Shown here: positions 61,343 to 64,000 of the stretch, piece after piece
Position numbering within the stretch: position 1 is the stretch's first letter
How the letters are laid out: every line of letters begins with the position of its first letter
Assembly: GCA_029263715.1 (NCBI GenBank)
Contig: JAJUFP010000001.1
Location: 162,837-226,836, forward strand
Reading direction: 5' to 3'
DNA from: Nitrososphaera sp.
Lineage (GTDB): Archaea > Thermoproteota > Nitrososphaeria > Nitrososphaerales > Nitrososphaeraceae
Length of the DNA: 64,000 nucleotides
Position numbers and translations under genes: made by a program
Notes under the pieces: model-generated
The model's database searches: none
The model's input: the letters and a program-made list of their open reading frames with translations, nothing else
Told to the model about the DNA's origin: nothing

Positions 61343-62575
61343 ATGCACCTCAAGGTATTATCGATACCGTTAAGCTTGGTGCTCCTGACTGGAATGATTT
61401 CTATTAACAACCTGGGGCAAGCATATGCAACCGTTTCTACCGCATGTACAGCGTCTCTCGATGGTTCACAAGAAGTGCCACCTGTTGAGACAGAGGGTAC
61501 CGGATCGGCAACGATGACTTTTGATCCGTCCAGTAACGAATTGTCTTGGTCTATAGAGTTTTCTGGGCTGTCAGGTCCTGCCACTGCAGCGCATTTCCAT
61601 GGGCCTGCAGCTGCCGGAACAAACACCGGGGTACAAGTGAATATAGGAGACGTCTCGGGCCTCGTCTCACCAATGGAGGGGTCTGTTGAATTAACTCCAG
61701 AGCAGGCATCTTTCTTGCTCGACGGGCAGATGTACATTAACATTCACACCGCGGCGAATACTGATGGGGAAATTAGAGGGCAAGTGTCGTGCGAGCCGTC
61801 TCCTCCCCTCCCCGAAGAGTCAGCGACTGCCACGCTAATAATTGGTGGCAACGAATTTGATATACAGTACATGATCAGTGGAGGTACTTTAGACGAGCTG
61901 AATGCAGACCCAGCAGTGCGGACATTGTTACTTAGCATTTCCTCCACTTCAGACGGCACACTAACTGTCTGGCTCCCAAGCGACGTGATAGACGCAGACG
62001 ACGAGTTCGCTGTGTTCGTTGACAGTCAATTCGGGAATTTTGTCGTTGACGAGCTGGATCCTACCACCGATGCTAGGGTTCTCCAGATTGAATTCGAGAA
62101 TGGAGCTAGGGAAATCGAGATAGTGGGTACATTCATGGTGGGAGGAGAAGAACCTGCACAACAGACAATTTCTGTAGAGATAGAAGGACAGACATACGAG
62201 ATTCCGTACGAGGTCACCGAAGCCTCTGTACAAGGTATGACCGCAGATACCGATTCAAAGAGTCTAATGATGAGCATTTCCTCCACTTCAGACGGCACAC
62301 TAACTGTCTGGCTCCCAAGTGACGTGATAGACGCAGATGAGGAATTCTCCGTACTCGTTGATGGTGAATCGGGAAATTTCATTGAACTGGATCCTACCAC
62401 CGATGCTAGGGTTCTCCAGATTGAATTCGAGAATGGAGCTAGGGAAATCGAGATGATAGGTACCTTCATAGTACCAGAATTTGGCGCGATAGGAATACTG
62501 GTAATGGGAATCGCGATTGTTGGAGCAATCGTTGCGACGACAAGATTCCACAAATTCGGGGGCCTACGAACGTAG
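61343..62575 (+). CDS. CHRD domain plus two tandem thaumarchaeal surface domains with PEFG-CTERM sorting signal
   Basis: Signal peptide; CHRD 'L.GSQEVPP...AAHFHGPA...MYINIHT....GEIRGQ'; C-terminal 'VPEFG' plus TM plus basic tail. Confidence 0.93.
   Translation: MHLKVLSIPLSLVLLTGMISINNLGQAYATVSTACTASLDGSQEVPPVETEGTGSATMTFDPSSNELSWSIEFSGLSGPATAAHFHGPAAAGTNTGVQVNIGDVSGLVSPMEGSVELTPEQASFLLDGQMYINIHTAANTDGEIRGQVSCEPSPPLPEESATATLIIGGNEFDIQYMISGGTLDELNADPAVRTLLLSISSTSDGTLTVWLPSDVIDADDEFAVFVDSQFGNFVVDELDPTTDARVLQIEFENGAREIEIVGTFMVGGEEPAQQTISVEIEGQTYEIPYEVTEASVQGMTADTDSKSLMMSISSTSDGTLTVWLPSDVIDADEEFSVLVDGESGNFIELDPTTDARVLQIEFENGAREIEMIGTFIVPEFGAIGILVMGIAIVGAIVATTRFHKFGGLRT
61934..62454 (+). repeat. 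Intragenic direct repeat with near-identical DNA blocks
   Basis: 47 bp starting at 61934 equals that at 62273; 68 bp at 62054-62121 equals 62387-62454. Confidence 0.92.
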
Positions 62576-62643
62576 CAGAGCTTTTTTTATCTGCATCCTT
62601 TTTCTTGATTTCTACAGCTCGCCGATGATTAGTCTGGCTCTCC

Positions 62644-62853
62644 TTAGCGCAGATCCTCAACATTCCACTGTTTTTTGGCGTTTCTCTTCCAGAGCCGTTT
62701 TACCGACCAGGGTATTCCAAAGGTGATGGGGAGGAAGAAAAAGAAGAAGTAGATGCCGTAGAACAACAAGACAACGGTGGCGATTATAGCTGCGGCTGAC
62801 AATGCAAGCAGTATTATCGGCAATGTCTTGCTCTCTTGTCTGCCGGACATCAC
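62644..62853 (-). CDS. Small membrane protein
   Basis: Long hydrophobic, Phe-rich segment. Confidence 0.7.
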   Translation of the reverse strand: MMSGRQESKTLPIILLALSAAAIIATVVLLFYGIYFFFFFLPITFGIPWSVKRLWKRNAKKQWNVEDLR

Positions 62854-62932
62854 TACAAAATACGGCGATTTGTCTTTTAACTCTTCAGATCAAGTTAATT
62901 AGCAAGATCGACGCTAATAGTCCTGATATGAT

Positions 62933-63529
62933 GTGAACTGGACATCATATGCGTCGGTGATCACCGCGTCTGCAATCCTTATCTTTAGCGCACCGTCTGC
63001 CTACGCCTACTTTTACTCGCAAGAATCAGAAGTCCGGCCGGTGGCAGAGTGCGGTAGCGGCTGCACGTACGAACTTGTCGTTGGAGAGCAGACATACGTT
63101 CTAAGTTATGGCGTAGCCGCCTACCAAAAGTCTGGCACAGACACCAAGACTGTCCAAGTCAATAGCATCACGCTAAACCCGGACACCAAGGCGCTGGTAG
63201 TTGACCTCAACGCCACAAGCTACGGCAAGTTTTACATCAACCTACCAAGAAGCCTCATACAGGCGTCGGACGGTGCAAACGATGCAGCGTACACGGTCCT
63301 TGTCAACGGCCAGGAAGCAAACGACGACGTGATAGAGCTTACTCGTGTAAGCGAGGTTGTTGGCCCCGACGAGCGGCGGCTTTCCATAGCCTTTGACAGC
63401 AATACTAGGAGGATCGAGATAATCGGGACGCACGTTGCACCAGAATTCGCGGCACCGGCTGCGCTGGCAGCCGCGGTCGGAATCATCGCCATACTGCTTC
63501 GTTTTAGAATGCGAAAATTATCGCAATAG
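62933..63529 (+). CDS. Exported surface protein with PEF(A)-CTERM-like anchor
   Basis: Signal peptide; same surface domain as the CHRD protein; 'APEFA' plus TM plus basic tail. Confidence 0.88.
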   Translation: MNWTSYASVITASAILIFSAPSAYAYFYSQESEVRPVAECGSGCTYELVVGEQTYVLSYGVAAYQKSGTDTKTVQVNSITLNPDTKALVVDLNATSYGKFYINLPRSLIQASDGANDAAYTVLVNGQEANDDVIELTRVSEVVGPDERRLSIAFDSNTRRIEIIGTHVAPEFAAPAALAAAVGIIAILLRFRMRKLSQ

Positions 63530-63558
63530 ATATAATATCTTCAAAACGATCTTGGAGC

Positions 63559-64000
63559 ATGGCCAAGACACTATCATCACCGCAGGTTCTCAAGACAGGA
63601 ATGAAAGCTCCTGAATTTTCGCTAAAGGGCGTTGACGGCAAGACTCACTCTTTGTCAGAGTACAAGGCCGGGGCAAAACTTGTGGTCTTTATCTGCAACC
63701 ACTGCCCGTACGTCAAGGCAAGGATCAACGATATTGTGGCACTCCAATCAAAGTTCAAGCCGTCCGAGCTTCAGGTGATTGGAATCAACAGCAACGATCC
63801 CAATTACCAGGATGAGGGCTTTGACAACATGGTCAAGTTCTCACAGCAATACAAGCTAAACTTCCCGTACCTGATAGACGAAAGTCAGGATGTTGCCAGG
63901 GCATACGGCGCGGTCTGCACGCCGGACCCGTTTCTGTTTGACGCTGACGGCAAGCTGGTCTTCCATGGCAGGATAAACGATGCCATGGACCCTGAAGCCA
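63559..64000 (+). CDS. Thioredoxin/AhpC-TSA family protein (3' truncated)
   Basis: 'APEFSLKGVDGK', 'FICNHCPYV', 'INSND', 'YGAVCTPDPFLF'. Confidence 0.93.
   Translation, partial: MAKTLSSPQVLKTGMKAPEFSLKGVDGKTHSLSEYKAGAKLVVFICNHCPYVKARINDIVALQSKFKPSELQVIGINSNDPNYQDEGFDNMVKFSQQYKLNFPYLIDESQDVARAYGAVCTPDPFLFDADGKLVFHGRINDAMDPEA

Overview
64-kb chromosomal window from an ammonia-oxidising archaeon (Thaumarchaeota/Nitrososphaerota, most like Nitrososphaerales). The evidence is an archaeal 16S-23S operon with no spacer tRNA and no linked 5S, TFB, eL31/eL39/eL40, cofC/cofD, a divergent FtsZ-like protein and PEFG-CTERM surface proteins. Most of the window is housekeeping. The ORF track misses tRNA-Ala(CGC), RNase P RNA, rpl39e, rpl40e and several small proteins. 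Three AT-richer accessory patches occur: (i) 1-1040, next to the tRNA-Ala 3' end (GNAT toxin-like pair, perfect 19-bp inverted repeat); (ii) ~15400-19460, next to the rnpB 3' end (orphan Dam-type methylase, divergent pair of DUF3574/PII-like paralogs, HEPN-like protein, Zn-finger protein with a Gly/Asn-rich motif); (iii) ~51000-57500 (HEPN-like protein, two large Cys/Pro-rich beta-proteins sharing a C-terminal module, one with an N-terminal helix-hairpin-helix, and a -1-frameshifted Zn-finger ORF between them). The best leads are a 1050-bp transposase-less cassette with 59-bp terminal inverted repeats and a 7/8 target duplication that carries only a pyruvoyl arginine decarboxylase gene, an unannotated ~200-nt structured RNA with its own archaeal promoter at 22399-22601, and the HhH/tandem-repeat two-protein module at 52127-57198. 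No database searches were possible, so family assignments rest on recognised motifs.
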